A stretch of DNA of 64,000 nt from a virus, in the UHGV virus genome UHGV-0286546; one strand, 5' to 3'. The notes under the pieces were generated by a model. The model ran no database searches, was not told where the DNA came from, and saw only the letters and a list, made by a program, of their open reading frames with translations. How positions within the stretch are numbered: the stretch's first letter is position 1; the number at the start of each line of letters is the position of its first letter. Below, in pieces: positions 62,976-64,000 of the stretch. Position numbers and translations under genes: made by a program.

Positions 62976-64000
62976 ATGGTTAAGAATGTACAAGATAAAT
63001 TGCTGATGCCGGAATTCACGATTGATACAGTTGTTAATGATAGTGGTATCGAAATTCCTGGTATCAAAAGAATGTATGATATTGCATTGGCTATTGGTGA
63101 TTCATTGATGCAGTGGGGTGGTCCAGGATGTGGTAAGTCTCAGTCAGTACAGCAGTGGAATGCAGATAAAGTTGCTGAGTATGAAAAACGTATGGCTGAA
63201 GGTGAAAAAGTAAAACCTTGGAATCCGGTCGTTTGTGATGTTCGTTTGTCTATGAAAGAGCCAGTTGATATGGTTGGTGTTCCTATTCCGACTAAAGATG
63301 AAAAAGGTAACATGACAACTGTTTGGGCAACTCCTTCGATGTGGCCTAAGAATGATGGTGAATTCGCTGGTGGTGTTATTCACTTGGATGAAATGAATCA
63401 GGGTCAAGCTGCTATTCTGAATGCTGCCTTCCAGTTGATTCAAGACCGTGCTTTGGGAGAATACAAAGTACCTGAAGGTTATATCATTATTGGTTCATCT
63501 AACCCGTCTGCATATAACTCTACTGTTACTGAGTTTTCTGTACCATTGTCAAACAGATTTAGTCACTTCAATGTTAAACCTGACTTCGATTCTTGGTTGA
63601 ACTACAGAATGAATAACGGTGGTAACTTGGATGTTATGACCTTCTTAAAGACACAGGGTATGAATATGTTGTTTGATAAAGAAGGTATGGAAGCCAAAGT
63701 TGGTAGTCTTGCCGATGCTATGTATACAGATATTGTTATCACTCCTCGCTCTTGGGAAGTAATTGAAAAAGTATTAGCGCTTCCTGATGGTAATAAAGCA
63801 ACTGGTGGATTTACAATAGATGAAAAACAAAGATATGCAACCGGTCGTTTAGGTCTTGCTATTGCTTCCAGACTGTTTACTTGGTTGAAAGATAAAGCTA
63901 AATATCAAGACTGGAGAGAAATCCTTATCGATGGTAAAGACTTTAAAGATGAAAACAGTGAACAATTCTGGGCTGTTCAGATGGCATGTATGAATGCAAT
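62976..64000 (+). CDS. AAA+ ATPase, AAA_5/MoxR-CobS-like (3'-truncated at window end; not in supplied track)
   Basis: Walker A GGPGCGKS, Walker B VIHLDEMNQ, sensor ...SSNPSAY...NRFSHF; preceded by AACCCAACC motif and AGGAG RBS. Confidence 0.7.
   Translation, partial: MVKNVQDKLLMPEFTIDTVVNDSGIEIPGIKRMYDIALAIGDSLMQWGGPGCGKSQSVQQWNADKVAEYEKRMAEGEKVKPWNPVVCDVRLSMKEPVDMVGVPIPTKDEKGNMTTVWATPSMWPKNDGEFAGGVIHLDEMNQGQAAILNAAFQLIQDRALGEYKVPEGYIIIGSSNPSAYNSTVTEFSVPLSNRFSHFNVKPDFDSWLNYRMNNGGNLDVMTFLKTQGMNMLFDKEGMEAKVGSLADAMYTDIVITPRSWEVIEKVLALPDGNKATGGFTIDEKQRYATGRLGLAIASRLFTWLKDKAKYQDWREILIDGKDFKDENSEQFWAVQMACMNA

Noticed and set aside
1-64000. Possibility of stop-codon reassignment (suppressor-like odd tRNAs)
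   Set aside because: ORFs terminate consistently with TAA/TAG/TGA and the gene density is normal under the standard code; none of the odd anticodons is CTA/TTA/TCA in the standard register

Overview
AT-rich (about 28-32% GC) segment of a large, tRNA-rich contractile-tailed phage genome. Gene-dense modular organisation, TAA-dominated stops, a tail sheath gene and lysis genes indicate a phage, not a bacterial chromosome. Working from sequence alone, the window contains the following. (i) A tail-fiber/structural module, 1..11344: several fiber proteins sharing an N-terminal motif, a tail sheath, and a holin/spanin-like lysis cassette with a convergent terminator. (ii) A minus-strand block, 11.5-21.4 kb: acidic/scaffold-like proteins, two SWIM zinc-finger proteins, a VRR-NUC nuclease, two GT2 glycosyltransferases and a Vsr-like homing-endonuclease-like gene. 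(iii) A replication/nucleotide block, 21.5-28.2 kb: SF2 helicase, DnaB-like helicase, GMP-reductase/IMPDH-family enzyme, MazG-like pyrophosphatase, RNase H. (iv) An accessory tRNA island, 28.5-43.6 kb: about 21 tRNA or tRNA-like genes in several clusters, interleaved with HNH and T5orf172 endonuclease genes, small ORFs, structured non-coding elements and a paralogous protein family carrying a conserved N-terminal decapeptide. (v) A block of many small plus-strand early-type ORFs, 46-52 kb. (vi) A 1.4-kb non-coding region, 52.2-53.6 kb: a G-depleted strand-biased block with alternating AGGGGCC motifs, a GC-only hairpin and AT-rich iteron-like direct repeats, a candidate origin or packaging/terminus region. 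(vii) A compositionally distinct, higher-GC block of small plus-strand ORFs, 53.6-64 kb, several preceded by a conserved AACCCAACC upstream motif and ending in a truncated AAA+ (AAA_5/MoxR-like) ATPase gene. The most interesting candidate system: two diverged copies of a promoter / mini-ORF / terminator module sit directly upstream of tRNA clusters, and the mini-ORF codons match the identities of the tRNAs immediately downstream (MMKMMFKYIRFYK before Tyr-Ile-Phe-Lys-Met-Arg; HCWCHH before Cys-His-Trp). This suggests a leader-peptide attenuator controlling phage tRNA expression. All tRNA anticodon calls were made by eye and need tRNAscan-SE/ARAGORN confirmation. Coordinates of RNA features may be off by a few nt.
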